A stretch of DNA of 63,927 bases, filler included, from Sluysia triapertura (GCA_046118255.1; 5 parts of 5 records of this genome joined end to end with filler, not necessarily neighbours in it), one strand, 5' to 3'. Shown: positions 51,804 to 63,927, counted from the whole stretch's first letter. Notes: generated by a model not told the origin, from the letters alone. Numbers and translations are program-made.

Positions 51804-52911
51804 ATGAAGAATAAATCAATGTCGTTAGATATTCCTTCGTATCCTAGAAGTCATTCTCAATTTACTATTACTAATCTATCAAAAGCAAAACAATCGAAAC
51901 CGTTTAAGAAAAATAAAGTTCCCAATAATAATGACAAAGAAATTATTTTAAGTGATGGGTATGATACTTTATCAGCTCCAGACGACATCAATGTTAATCG
52001 TTCCTTAGACACTATCACTAGTGATGGCAATAAGAATAACGGTTATGATAACGACAATGATAATAAAATTGATGATAATTCGGATTGTCATTCAGAAAAA
52101 AAGTTTGAAAACTGCCTTTTAAGTAAGTACAACAATATGTTAAAGAGTGCTAAGAAATAAAAATACGATTTATGTCATAATGTAAATCACTACTTTTCTA
52201 ATGACAACTCCTCAGAAAATGATGAACGTACTAATTCTATTATAATGAATTCAAATATAAAAGCTGAAAATAAGGCCCATTTGGTTGTAGGTTATCTATC
52301 CCAAAACATGAACCAAGAAGAAATGAGAAATTTGTTTGATAAATTAGGTGATTTGGGAAGTTGCAAATCGATACGTGACAAAATAACTGGTAAAAATCGA
52401 CACATTGATCATTCAAACAAATATAGTTTCAACGGCTAAAATCATGAAGTATGATTATTTGGATCAAATTTTATCAACAAATAACGAAGACGATCAAACG
52501 GAATTAGACTGTGGATCACATTCGTCAGAAGCAGAACGACCATGTCATTACAATGTTTTAGACTTATTTGGTGATAACGAATCTACATTTTTCAAGAATA
52601 ACAATATGATTAACGCGAAAAGTAATCTTGTCAATTTTATGTGTCATTTAACTTTTTGATCCACTTTACAAGTGGATCCGCGGAGTACAGCAGAAATCTT
52701 TGTTTATTATTTAATACAATTTTGCCTTTATGTTCTAAAAATGTTATTTTGTTATGTCAAAAATAAAACATCGTGTATATATTTCTCTGAAGAGAGTAAA
52801 GATAGATCTATTAATGAACTAAAATTTAGAATAATTAAACTAATATGTGAACGTATTCAAAACCAAAACTCATACGACATTTATGAGACTGTTGGGATTA
52901 GTAAAGAATAA
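51804..52911 (+). pseudogene. Intronless cargo containing a truncated ELAV/Hu-type RRM1
   Basis: KAHLVVGYLSQNMNQEEMRNLFDKLGDLGSCKSIRDKITG matches ELAV/Hu KTNLIVNYLPQNMTQEE.RSLF.SIGE.ESCKL.RDKITG and breaks off just before RNP1. 51804-52439 is one frame with a single internal TAA at 52158. Confidence 0.8.
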
Positions 52912-52965
52912 GGGTTGATAGAAGGGTCAAAACTTAGGACTGCAGTGTCAGTGGAACATTATTAA

Positions 52966-53065
52966 NNNNNNNNNNNNNNNNNNNNNNNNNNNNNNNNNNN
53001 NNNNNNNNNTTAATTAATTAANNNNNNNNNNNNNNNNNNNNNNNNNNNNNNNNNNNNNNNNNNNN
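52966..53065. other. Artificial contig linker
   Basis: 44 N + TTAATTAATTAA + 44 N. Confidence 0.97.
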
Positions 53066-53858
53066 ATATACCAACACATATACATACTTGACATTCAATA
53101 CTTGACAGAGTGATAGTTCGTCAGAAAGTACTTAGATAATTGAGACAATAGATAATTGTTTAAAAGATTGATGCTGCTTGATTTTTGATTGTGACGTTAC
53201 ATTAAATAAATTTTTGGTACTCGGCAAATAAAATGAAATGTAATAAACTCAAAATTAAAACCTCCTTTAATGTAAAATGTCTAATAGTACTAAATTTTAC
53301 TCCGAAATTAAATAGTATCTAAGTTTCCTTTGGGATTAAAGATAAGCAAATGCAATTCGCAACCATGCGTGTATAATAAATTGTAACAATAGTAAATTCT
53401 CTATTTTATTTTATATATTCCATTCAAGTGAATAAATATTTAACTCAACCGAGTGAGTTACTGACATAACTTGGTGCACTTCTTTTTAAAGAATATTTTT
53501 AAATGTAATATATACAAAATTCAAATCATGTAGAAACTCGTGAGAAATAATGTTTCGGCTAACGAATGTAAAATTCCACAACGAATTCTCATTAAATTAT
53601 GGTATAACAAACAAAAATTAATTTGTTGAATAACTTATAAAATAGTTGCTAATATTAATACTTAAATTCTAAAACTGCTGATTTCATTAAATTGAAATAT
53701 TATATAATAATTAATGATTTTATTATCTCAGTGTTAGTGACCCTTTTGAAAAGTACTTGGTTTTCAAAAATATATATTGTTTTATTAATACGTTTCTATA
53801 GTTTTAAAATTAAAATTATAGTACGTTTGCAAAAATTTTCGATTATTTTAGCAAAACA

Positions 53859-54229
53859 ATGAATATAAATGCTCAAAAATTAGTTGAAAGCAAAATTAAA
53901 ACCAGGAAAATTGTATTGTTTTGCAAAAAAACAGATTCCGCGTCAAAAATTATAAGAGAAATACTACAATCATATAAATTTAACATCTTAAGTCATAATG
54001 CATACGAAGAAATTGAATTGGATTGTCGACAAGATTGCCATGAAATTGAAAATTATATTTGGTTTTTAACAAATAAAACAAGACGAGAAGTAATATTTCA
54101 TAATTTAATTTAAGTTTTTAGATGCCTCATTTATTTGTCAGAGGAACTTATATAGGTAGTTATGCTGAAATTATGCGACTTCACAATGAAGATAGATTAT
54201 CGTGTATTTGTGATGATATAAAAAACTAA
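53859..54229 (+). CDS. Glutaredoxin-fold protein lacking the CxxC active site (112 aa; exons 53859-54089 and 54122-54229)
   Basis: AQKLVESKIKTRKIVLFCK, YEEIELD, a 32-nt GT-AG intron, then MPHLFVRGTYIGSYAEIMRLHNEDRL (compare TVPRVFI.G..IGG..D...L...G.L). The CPYC position reads DSAS. Confidence 0.88.
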
Positions 54230-54368
54230 GTCAGTGTTTTTATTACGACAAATGATATATATTAAATTAAATCAAAAATTGTTTATCACAAAATACACCT
54301 AAATAAATCATTATTGCAAATTAAAGCTATGTCCAAAATGAAAATAATGTTTAATCATGTTTAAAAAT

Positions 54369-57300
54369 TTAATCTTCCAATTCAAGACCAATTTCATATT
54401 GCAGTGAATCAACTTGAGATCTTAAATTTTCAATACACTCGGATAACTTCTTCAAGGGTCTAAAATGAAATTTAATACTATAAATAATTTCAGATTAAAA
54501 GAATATAATAATTTGTATAGGTATACTTTTCGGATTGTAAATTCATATCGAAGTCAGTATCAATTATCAATTTTTTTAATTCTAAAATTTTTTCGTTTGT
54601 CATTTCATATGATTTTCCAGTAAAAGCGACATCGGCGTCATGTAGATACATAATATTAGACAGTTGATGTTTTAGACGTGCTAATACCGCTGTAGCAACA
54701 ATTTCCTGTTGACTTGATAATTCAATATGGCGACTTAATAAGTCTCGTTCGTTTCTTATATCCTAAACATAACTTATGATTTAAATTTTACAGCGACAAT
54801 TGAAATATTAAACCAAATGTTATAAATAATTCATAATATGATATAAGAGAAAATAGAATGGAATTAGATTAACATTTATAATGCAATAAATTGAGTTAAA
54901 CTTCCAAATTAACTTTAAGAATGCACTATTTATAATTGGTTGCAATTTTTAAATCAATGTTTATTTTTAATATTCTCACGCTGAATTCGAAAGAAATATT
55001 TGCTTAATATATTTTTCAGTGAAAATTAAGCTTCATTTCACTCTAAATTTTTATTGATTAACATGTTAATTAGTACTTTTAACCCCTTAACGCGCAGAAA
55101 CGTATTAACACGGGCGTGGTCGGTTTTTGTTAAAAAAATGTGCATTAAGGGGTTAAATTAAAATTTAATAATTATAAAGGTGAAAAAATAACCTGTATGA
55201 ATTTCTTCATTTCATTCATTTCTTTAATATAATTATTACTTTTAAGCTTATCTTCCACTTGACTTTGTTCCAGTATGTTTTTTCTAGTTTCTACTTCTTT
55301 CAATAAATTTTTTAGAGAGACATTTTTTAAATCAGATTCATTATCAATTTTATTTAATTTCAACAAAAGATTGTTATTAGCTTGTTGTAACTTGCGATTT
55401 TCGTCAAGTCGTTTTTGTAAACTTTGTACTAATTCTTCTTCTGTATTTTTTAAACTTTCGTTTTCATCACACAAAATTTGGCATGTATCTTGTAAATGTT
55501 TTTGCGATTCAATTAATTCAATTTGCTTATAATTTATTGATTGCAGCTGTTCATTTAGTTTAATAATAGTTTCTTCCTTTTCTTTCAATATCTGGTTAAT
55601 ATTTTGATTAATTGTTTCTTTTTCATTATATTTCTTCACTAAATTTACATTTTCTTGTTTAATTTTTTTATATTTCAATTCAATCGTGTCGATTATTTGC
55701 TTATTTTCAGATTTTAAATCCACAATTAGAACATCTTTTTTAGATAACTCATTTTCCAAATTCCTAACATGGTGTTTGAATTTTTGCCAACTTTCTATAA
55801 TCGCTTCAAATTCACCTTTCTTTTTAAATAAATCTTCTTCTAATGTGCGACTTTTCTTTTCATATTCAGCATATTCCGAGGATTGCCGCTGCAAAGTTAA
55901 CACTTTAGAATTACATTTACTGATTTTGTTTTTATATTCTTCATGTAAACCTTTAAAATGTTCTTGTAAATTCGAAATAGCTGACTCACAACGAATTTTT
56001 TCTTGGCACATATCTGAAAATTCTTTTCGTGATTTTTCCAATTCACTTCGAAATTGTTCCTCTTTTTTTGTCAGTTCAACAATATGATTAAACTTAAGAT
56101 TTTCTATTTCATTCATTAATTCATTTGACTTTTGCTGTGCACAATCTAGATCTTTTTGCTTCATTTGAACAATTTCATTATTTTGTGCAACTAGTTTAGT
56201 CAATTTATTTTTAACAGTATCTAATTCAATATTTAACTCTTTTGTTTTTTGTTCAAATTGATTATTCAATAATTCATGTTGACCTGATAAATCAATATAT
56301 TCCTGTTTCACTTTTTCATATGCATGCATTAACTGTCCGTAATTATTTTGATATTCGGTCATTTCTTGTAATTTATCTTTCGTATTTTGTAAATCTTGTT
56401 TTAACTGAACTAACTCAGCTTTATTTTCTTCATTTTCTAATGACAAACCTGAATGATCTTCATTCAATATATCCAAAGTATTTTCTAATTCTACAATCTT
56501 TTGATTAGCCATATTCAAACAACTTCTTAAATTATCAATTTCCTCTAAAATTCCATAATGGAGATCTTGAAGATTCTGAAAATTATTTTTCAAGTTTAGA
56601 TTTTCCTTTTCCATTTCATCTATAATTTTTTGTTTCCTTAAAATGTTTTGTTTCTCTGTTTCTAATTCGGTACGAAACGTTTCCTGCAATTCTTCTGATA
56701 ATTTCAGAGCTTGATCTTTATCACAAAGTTGTTGTCGAGCTGTTTCGAAACTTGTTTCAACTTTATCAATTTCTCGTCGCATGTTCTCAATTCCAAACAG
56801 TGCTTCATCACGTTCCTTTAAAATTCTATCGTGAAGAACTTGTAACTGACTTAAACTTTCATTAAGCTGAGATAATTTATCTTCTTTTATATGAATATTC
56901 TGAATATTTGATTCTAATTTAACTTCCAAATCGTTTTTATCTATGTCATATTGCTTGATTGTTTCAGTTTTTATTAACAAATCAGCTTCCAGCTTCGATG
57001 ATTGATCACGTAAAAGTTTTGAATTTTCTGTTTGTGATTGCACATCTTGTTGGCTTCTTTCCAATGTCAATTTTACTTCAGACAATTCTTCATTTAAATC
57101 TCCTATTTGATTTTTTAAGTTAGCATTAATTAAACGCTCTTGATTTAAAATTTTGCTTTTTTCTTTAATGTCTTCTTGTACAGAACTTAATTTTGATTTG
57201 AGATTTTCTTTATCTTCATTTAAACAACAAAGTTCTTTTTGCAATTCCTCTAGTTTATTCAATAAATTTGAAAGCTCCTTTAACTTTGTTTCATTCAAGT

Positions 57301-58261
57301 TTCGAATTTTGTATTTTAAATCAATATTTTTTTCTCTTAAAGACTCTTTTTCTTGACTGACCTCTTTCAAAGAATTCATCACTTGCATCAATTCTTTTTC
57401 CAAACTATCTTTAGATGCTTCCATTGATTTTAATTGTTCTGTAACATTTTCCCTACTTTCTTTTAATATGTTGATTTCATTTTTCAAATATTCTGCTTGA
57501 AATTCGACATTTTCTCGATAAATCTTTGTTAATTCTAATTGATTATTTATCTCTAAAAATCGTTTTTTTAAATTATCAATAACTGAAGTATTCTCACTAC
57601 ATGACAAATTTAATTCCCTATTTTTGTTCTTTAATTCATTTACGTTTTGTTGCAACATTTTCATTTCTAAATACTGATTTTCCAATTCCTGGGATTTTCT
57701 ATTGTAATTTAATTGTAAGGAATTTAATTGTAATTCGGTCTTTAATAATGTGTCATCTTTCGTGGTAATTTCATCAGCTAATTTTTCCAAATTCAATTGA
57801 ATTGTTTGGTATTCATTAACTTCATGATATTTTTCTTGTTCTAATTGTTCAACACAACTTCTTAAAGAATTTCTTTCTGTTAATAATTCTAAATTTTCTT
57901 GTTGTAAACGACTTACTTTACTTTCTAATTTAATGTTACCTAAACGTAATTTATCATCAGAAATCATCGTTGAATTATCTATTGATAGATCTTTCATTAT
58001 ATTTTGTAAATAAGATTCGCCTACATCTCGTGAGACAACAGCTTCGGATTTATCATTCTTAGTAAATGACCTACTAATACTTCGAGGTTTTTTACGCCAT
58101 TCTAGTTTTGTGATTGGCATTTTAAGACTTTCAGATGATTTTGAAAAACTTTCCAAACTTGTTAAATTATGAGAAGCAAGTGAATGAACTGTTTCATCGG
58201 GATATTCTAAAACTATGCAAACATCATGATTCTCGGAATGCGAATTGTTTTTAATTGATTC
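54369..58261 (-). CDS. GOLGA3: Long coiled-coil golgin, probably golgin-160 (exons 58261-55193, 54762-54527, 54459-54369; first exon not located)
   Basis: About 1000 aa of heptad-rich sequence, and all junctions are GT-AG and phase-compatible. The C-terminal KPLKKLSECIENLRSQVDSLQYEI resembles GOLGA3 EPLKNLNSCLQQLKQEMDSLQRQM (recalled). Confidence 0.75.
55083..55152. mobile_element. 70-bp piggyBac-type MITE in a golgin intron
   Basis: TTAA|CCCCTTAACGCGCA ... TGTGCATTAAGGGG|TTAA: 12/14 terminal inverted repeat with a TTAA duplication. Confidence 0.85.
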
Positions 58262-58840
58262 CTAAAATCAAAAAAACAAAGATAAGTTATATTTAATAAA
58301 ATTAGAAATGTGTAAAATTAATGTCCCTCCCATAAAATTGAATGTCAGTTTCTTTATTTTCATAAAATATACAACTATTAGTGCTTTTCACATAATTTCA
58401 ATATCTATTATTTATATTATATAGGAACTAAATAAATGTTTCCATACTAAAACAGCCATATTAAGAAAAAGAAAATTTAACAATATAGATGACCTTCATT
58501 TTTAATAGGCTCAATTTAAAGGTCATACAAAATGAAGAGTTGTGTGGAAGTCATAACATCCAAAATTTGTTTACAATTGGATATTTCATTACTAAAGATT
58601 AAAAAAATAAAATATGAATTCTATAGCAAAAACAAGTTTTACTTAATTTGATTTTAAGTATTTAGTATGACTATTTGGAATGTTAAGTACATGAAAATAA
58701 AAATTTACTGTCAAAATAATTTTCTTTTAGGAAATGTAAAACTTTATTTTGTTAAATAAAAATGCAACTACAATGGCTATAAACAATTTATTTCGAAAAA
58801 ATTTAAACACTTGAAAACGAATTATTACAAAATAAAAACC

Positions 58841-59476
58841 TTAACATTTTTTTGCAAATTGTAATATATTCTTGAAATCATAACTACTGCTAAAATATCC
58901 AGGAGTAGGTAAATACCAGATGTAATCATATCGACTCTTCACAATTTTATTAATTTCAGTAAAAAAATACAAATCACAATTAATACTAAATTCGTAGTAT
59001 ATGCGCTGATTTTCTAAAAAATCAGTAAAAAATACCTTCGTATTATAATTGGATGATTTATAAGACCTAAAATGAATAATATTCACACATTTAGTGTAGC
59101 ACAATGGTGAAACATTTGAAAATTCTTTTACATATGACTTACAAGTGATAACACCTTTAACTACTGAAATTTCTTTATTATTATATATAAAACGCAATTC
59201 TCCACTTGCAATGTCATTAATGCCAGATATATTTCGACTTAAATCGTGAAAAATAACAACAGATTTTTTTGACGATTTATGACTCTTTTGACCATATTGA
59301 ATTGACCATTCATGAAATACTTGTGAAAATGTCTTTGATAAACAGCAGCCATCAATACACAGATTATTATTACATTTTGTAAAAAGACTGTTTGATAATT
59401 GTAAATACGAAAGTAATAAATCAATAATTAATATTAAATACTTCATAAAAATAAATTTATGTGCAGAAAGCGTCAT
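58841..59476 (-). CDS. Hypothetical secreted, cysteine-containing protein (first exon; may continue in exons near 58.3-58.6 kb)
   Basis: 211 open codons in very AT-rich DNA. A signal-like MKYLILIIDLLLSYLQLSNS is followed by CNNNLCIDGCC. I do not recognise the family. Confidence 0.55.
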   Translation of the reverse strand: MTLSAHKFIFMKYLILIIDLLLSYLQLSNSLFTKCNNNLCIDGCCLSKTFSQVFHEWSIQYGQKSHKSSKKSVVIFHDLSRNISGINDIASGELRFIYNNKEISVVKGVITCKSYVKEFSNVSPLCYTKCVNIIHFRSYKSSNYNTKVFFTDFLENQRIYYEFSINCDLYFFTEINKIVKSRYDYIWYLPTPGYFSSSYDFKNILQFAKKC

Positions 59477-59753
59477 TAGAAGTTCTCAAAGGTTAAATAT
59501 ATAAGATGTTAAATTTGGTCAAATTGCTAAAAGTATTTTAAAATTTTTATTTAAAAATCAAAATTAAATAAATTTAAATGATATATTAATGCTTAGAAGC
59601 AATTTAAAAATATTATTATGTAAAGTCTTAAGTAAATGTAAAATAATAAAAATAATATTCTGAAACTCTACTCTTGGATTGACATATTAATGCCGAATTA
59701 GTAATCTAAGAGGCACATACAACAATATGAAAATAATATTGATAAATAATAAA

Positions 59754-60295
59754 CGGGAAAACTAGTAAACACGAACTTTTTTATAAAAATTGGAAAACAT
59801 GAACATTTTTAAAAATTGGATAATACTAACTTTTCTTTGACAAATGAATTAATAAAAATTAAAAAAAACAATTTTATAGATTACATTTATTTAATATCTT
59901 TCATTGTCATTCATAGGCAGCAATATTTCTTCTTATCTTCGGTCTGCCTCTTCCTCTTCTTTGGATTGGAGTTTGAACATTCGATCTTACCAAATTAACT
60001 GCAGTCAAAGGGATACCTTATTAGAATATGAACTACAATACTTTTGAGCGGTATACATATCAGGAACGAAATTAATAACATTTAAACATTTATGGACAAT
60101 GACAGCATATAAATGAATACAAGGAATCTTAGAATTGATCCATTCGAAGCATTCACAAATTTTTTCGGACAAGTTAACAACTTTTATTAAAACAACTTTG
60201 CCTAACTTTTTAAAAAAAATTAATGTGCTTTTCCAAATTTTTAAAAGAGTTCGTGTTTTCCAATTTTTATAAAGTTCGTGTTTTCCTAATGCCCC
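59754..60295 (-). mobile_element. Non-autonomous Mutator-like element (MULE) retaining the transposase SWIM finger
   Basis: About 70-bp terminal inverted repeats built of AAAACACGAAC units with GGG/CCC ends. The internal reverse frame reads VNLSEKICECFEWINSKIPCIHLYA...FVPDMY...Y, then RRGRGRPKIRR. Confidence 0.85.
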
Positions 60296-61280
60296 ATAAA
60301 TTTATTGTTATGTTTATACGTAAAATCTAAAGTAGATAGAAAATTTATTGATTGTTTATTTATGTAATGAAATAATGTCATACATTCATTTATTTTAAAA
60401 CTTTTTAATTTAATTGGAATAATTTATAATTTAATCGGAATAATTAAAGTAAGATTTTTATTAATTTTTTGATTTTTAATTTTTAATCTAATATTAATTA
60501 TCAAGGTAATTTTTTCGTAAATTTTTGTAAGGAAACGTATTTATTTTTTATAATTTATTAACTTGTTTTAATGACCTCAAGGTCATTCTTTTGAAAAAAA
60601 TACGTAAGTTTCCAAAAAATGAACATGATAACACAAAAGATTTGTATACAAAAGTTTTTCTTAAGTCTAAAAAATTTGATCCGCGTTGACTTTCATCCAC
60701 GTGGAGATATTTAACAGCTCCTTGTCAAGGAATTAGACTTCTTATCACTACGATTGTCGTTAGTTTTTTATTAATAAGTATTTTGCAATTTTTAAAATTG
60801 CCTGTTTAAAATCAACTAAACATTTAATTTAACTTTTGCTACTATTTCAAGGTAGCACATTAAACTCTATAATTTAAAATTTTTGATTGAAGATTATTTA
60901 TTTTATAATTTATTTAAAGTATATTGGTATTATCATAGTGTATCGAATTGTATTTTTTTTGTAATAAATTTATTATATTTTGAATTGCTTATTATTAACA
61001 TTATATATTCTAGTAAGAACCTTATTAAAATCAATTATTAAAATATTTTCAAAAAAATTTGTTAAAGGTTCTATTTAGAATCTAATAAAAATCAATTTGT
61101 AATTGATAAAGGTTCAATTTAGGAACCGCATTAAAATATTAATACTCCATGTTCGAAGTAAGAACCTTATTAAAATCTATTAAATTAAATTTTCAGTATT
61201 AATAAGAAATTAAACATCAGGAGTTTTTCTAAGAGAATTACAACATAGCAGCTATTAGAACCTTCATATGCTTAGTAAAA

Positions 61281-61344
61281 AATCTTTTGATAGAAAATCC
61301 AACGGCTGGCCCTAACAGGTAAGCCCAGTACGTTGGTGGACTCA
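61281..61344 (+). repeat. Conserved hairpin core (partner of 32459-32522)
   Basis: CCAACG-G-CTGG...CCAG-TA-CGTTGG stem with CTAAC and AG|GTAAG in the apical region. Confidence 0.85.
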
Positions 61345-63699
61345 CTTTAAGCTAGGCATTTTATTCTATCTGTTTTACTTTAACTTTTCTCACAAATAAT
61401 ATTATTGACAATGCCAACGGAGACTTTGAATTCAGTTGCAATTTCTCGCTGCGTCAAAAATCTATTTCTCTCATAACATTTGATAATTTCTTTCTTATGA
61501 GCGATAGAGAGCCGTTTTCTTTCTTCTTTTGATTACTGGAAATTTTCTTGTTCATTATTTATTATCCAGTTTATTAAATTATTTATTATCTAAGTTTAAA
61601 TTTACTGTTCACTATTATTTAAAACAAAAAGTAAAAAAGATAAAATGCACAAAAAACGATATTAATGCAAAATATCACATATGATTGATTACAAAATATG
61701 GAAATAAAAAATCTGAAAATATGTTTCATAAGAGCGATGTTCATTAATTAGAGGGTTCATTAACAAGACGGACGACTTTATTTGTATCTGTAAAAATTCT
61801 TTTTATAACATACTTTGAATAAGAGCATAGTTTTTTATTAAATAAATAAAATATCGTTTATTCTCGCTAACTAAATATATTAAAATATAAAAAAGAAATT
61901 TTACAATTAGACCGTAAAGGCTAATTTAAAATACTGTTTTTTAAAATTAGACCATAAAAAGGCTAACTCAAAATCTTGTAAATTATTATTATTAATTAAC
62001 TCCTTCAACGAATGCGTAACTAAGCATTGCTTGCGCGACTGATTCATATTGCTACGTGACTATTTACGAAATTATTGTAAATTATTTAAAATTTCCAATT
62101 CTACGTGACCAATTTAAACTAGAATTGTACGATCAATCTTAGTTACTTTGATTAATATTAAAAGCCTAATAGACCGCATTCAATCAGATATAGGACGTTT
62201 CTGTTAAGTGGACTTGCCTCCAGAATTATAATTTTCATTTTTATAAGTTTTTAAGAAAATTTTCGCAATAACAATAATTTATTACAAGAAAACTTACTAC
62301 TTAATAACAATTTCTATATTTCTCATTTTATAAATAGAATTATGGCTTATCTCAAAGCATAAATTATCAAATACTCGGATCATTTTTTAATAATATAGAT
62401 AAATATTGTTCTAACAATCCGACTCCAACCTTCTTCCATAATTCTAAGTCAATTAAATCTTTCCTAAATCTGTTAAAAACGAAATCGATAAGAATATGGC
62501 TGTACACTTATTTTCGGAAGAGTCTTCTCTTATAAATAATCTAGCATGTGCCTTTAAAGATCTAAGTTCAGTCATTGTGACAGCAGCCAGATGAATCTTA
62601 AAAATCACACTTATTTTAAATAATGCCTCATTAAATTTGAGATTATACGAGAATGATAGTTTATCAGATCATTGTATAGCTAAAGTCGAGGCTCATGAGC
62701 ATTCCACCACTTTAGAAGTTTTATTTCCAATACATAATAGAAATGAATAATCATACCTACGAGCGTTTTTTCAGAAGATATCATCGTTTCGAAAATGTTA
62801 GGACAAAATGTACTTTTATTTGATATAAGAATTATCAGAACATGAATGACCCAACTGTTTGAATTTGTTTGGTTTATTAGCAGGAATAGTCAGTGCAGTG
62901 ATGAATATTGTTCTTAATTATAAAACTATGTATCTGATATTACGACCTTAGTTCCTACGTTATCAACCTTTCTAAAAAATTTGTCTGAGCAAAGCCTCTT
63001 TGCGTAGTGCTGAGAAGATGTCGAAAGTTCTCTGTTTATATTTTGGTAATTTTATATTTTCCTCGATAATTGAAATCAATAAATTAACATATTGTTAACG
63101 CTTGTTTCATGTCCAAACGTTGTTGACCGATCACAAGTTAACTCGTAATTTCACTTGAATTAGCAATTTCAATTTATGAAACCCAAGGCAATTGTGTTTA
63201 GACGTGTTCCTTTTATTATAAAAAATTATTTTTCTAGATATTCAGATTTTTTTAACAATTGGATAATAGCCGGTGACATGAGATAGCTTCAGGGTAAAGT
63301 TGCTGGTGAGCAATGTGCTAAAAATAAGATATTGCTACATGATTTTGAGTAGCGGCGAATCAGTGGAAAACTCAATAATAAACTGTATAAACCAAATTAA
63401 TAAAATAAGATGTGATAAATTTAAAATCAAATAATCTATTTTTATAAAATTTTCTATTGTCAGTGAACTTTTAATTGTACGAAATACAAAAAATAAAGTT
63501 ATTAAGCAAGTGTAGCATACCAGCATAATATAGAATAAATCACAACACAACTAGGGGTATAACATTAATTACTTATATTGCCGATGTGTACGTGCAGAAG
63601 TTCTATCTCAAAATACATTAATTATTGAACAATTATTTTGGCAAAAATAAAGGTTTTTTATTTTTATTCTACATGTGTTGATTTTATTCGACAATGTAT

Positions 63700-63927
63700 A
63701 TAACTTTTATTAATTTTTATTAACAAATCTAATCTTAATTGCAAGTTGGAAAATCCACATGTAATCCTACCTAAAATTGTAATTAATGATGTAAGCAATG
63801 ATATTAGCGATAGTGATGTAATAAGTGATATTGTTGATAAAAATAATGAAATTGAAAGATTAGTTAAAGAAGGTGAAACTCTAGACTTCATGTTTTCTAG
63901 ACCCAGCCAAGGTGGCATTTCTAAAAA
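63700..63927 (+). mobile_element. Fragment of a LINE ORF1 (gag-like) protein running off the window
   Basis: The plus frame LPKIVINDVSNDISDSDVISDIVDKNNEIERLVKEGETLDFMFSR fits the PKI.I.D....I....I..KN..I pattern of invertebrate CR1/L2/Jockey ORF1. The listed minus ORF is its shadow. Confidence 0.55.

Noticed and set aside
55275-57356. Plus-strand ORFs within the golgin exon, and similar ORFs opposite the RT and SFSWAP
   Set aside because: They are antisense or alternate-frame shadows of real coding sequence.
60570-60587. AATGACC-TCAA-GGTCATT nuclear-receptor-like palindrome
   Set aside because: TGACCT/AGGTCA palindromes are common in invertebrate repeats, and there is no linked promoter evidence.
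62400-63320. Coding-like decayed sequence
   Set aside because: It is probably transposon-derived, but there is no motif I can assign.

Overview
This is very AT-rich eukaryotic (animal) DNA from a draft scaffold. It has two plain N gaps and four artificial 100-nt N/TTAATTAATTAA/N linkers. The mix of 29-67 nt introns, multi-kb transposon-filled introns and a bilaterian-type protocadherin suggests a compact invertebrate genome such as an orthonectid or other lophotrochozoan parasite (inference only). Host genes I can support are a protocadherin (4 full cadherin repeats plus a partial fifth that stops 62 bp before the next ATG), SFSWAP, two exons of a ZP-domain gene separated by a 9.9-kb intron, a glutaredoxin-fold gene lacking CxxC, GOLGA3/golgin-160, and a secreted hypothetical protein. 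Ordinary transposon debris includes Ty3/Gypsy, an RT+RLE (R2/NeSL-type) non-LTR element, a Tc2/pogo-type non-autonomous element, MULE, hAT, a piggyBac MITE, a tRNA-derived SINE and a LINE ORF1. The main finding is a repeated cassette: a TGT(G/A)(G/A)TG(G/A)(C/T)CA(A/G) terminus, a 0.5-1 kb A/C-rich arm, a (TAT)n tract, an inverted TGACAG/CTGTCA box with CCAAT boxes, then an intronless cargo ORF. The cargo is derived from RNA-binding proteins. Four diverged copies belong to one family with a novel N-terminal domain, a DEAD-box helicase and a CCCH zinc finger, and one copy carries an ELAV/Hu RRM. An SRSF1-like RRM retrocopy lies nearby. This looks like an undescribed mobile system that captures and amplifies RNA-regulator genes. 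All homologies were judged by eye; no searches were run.
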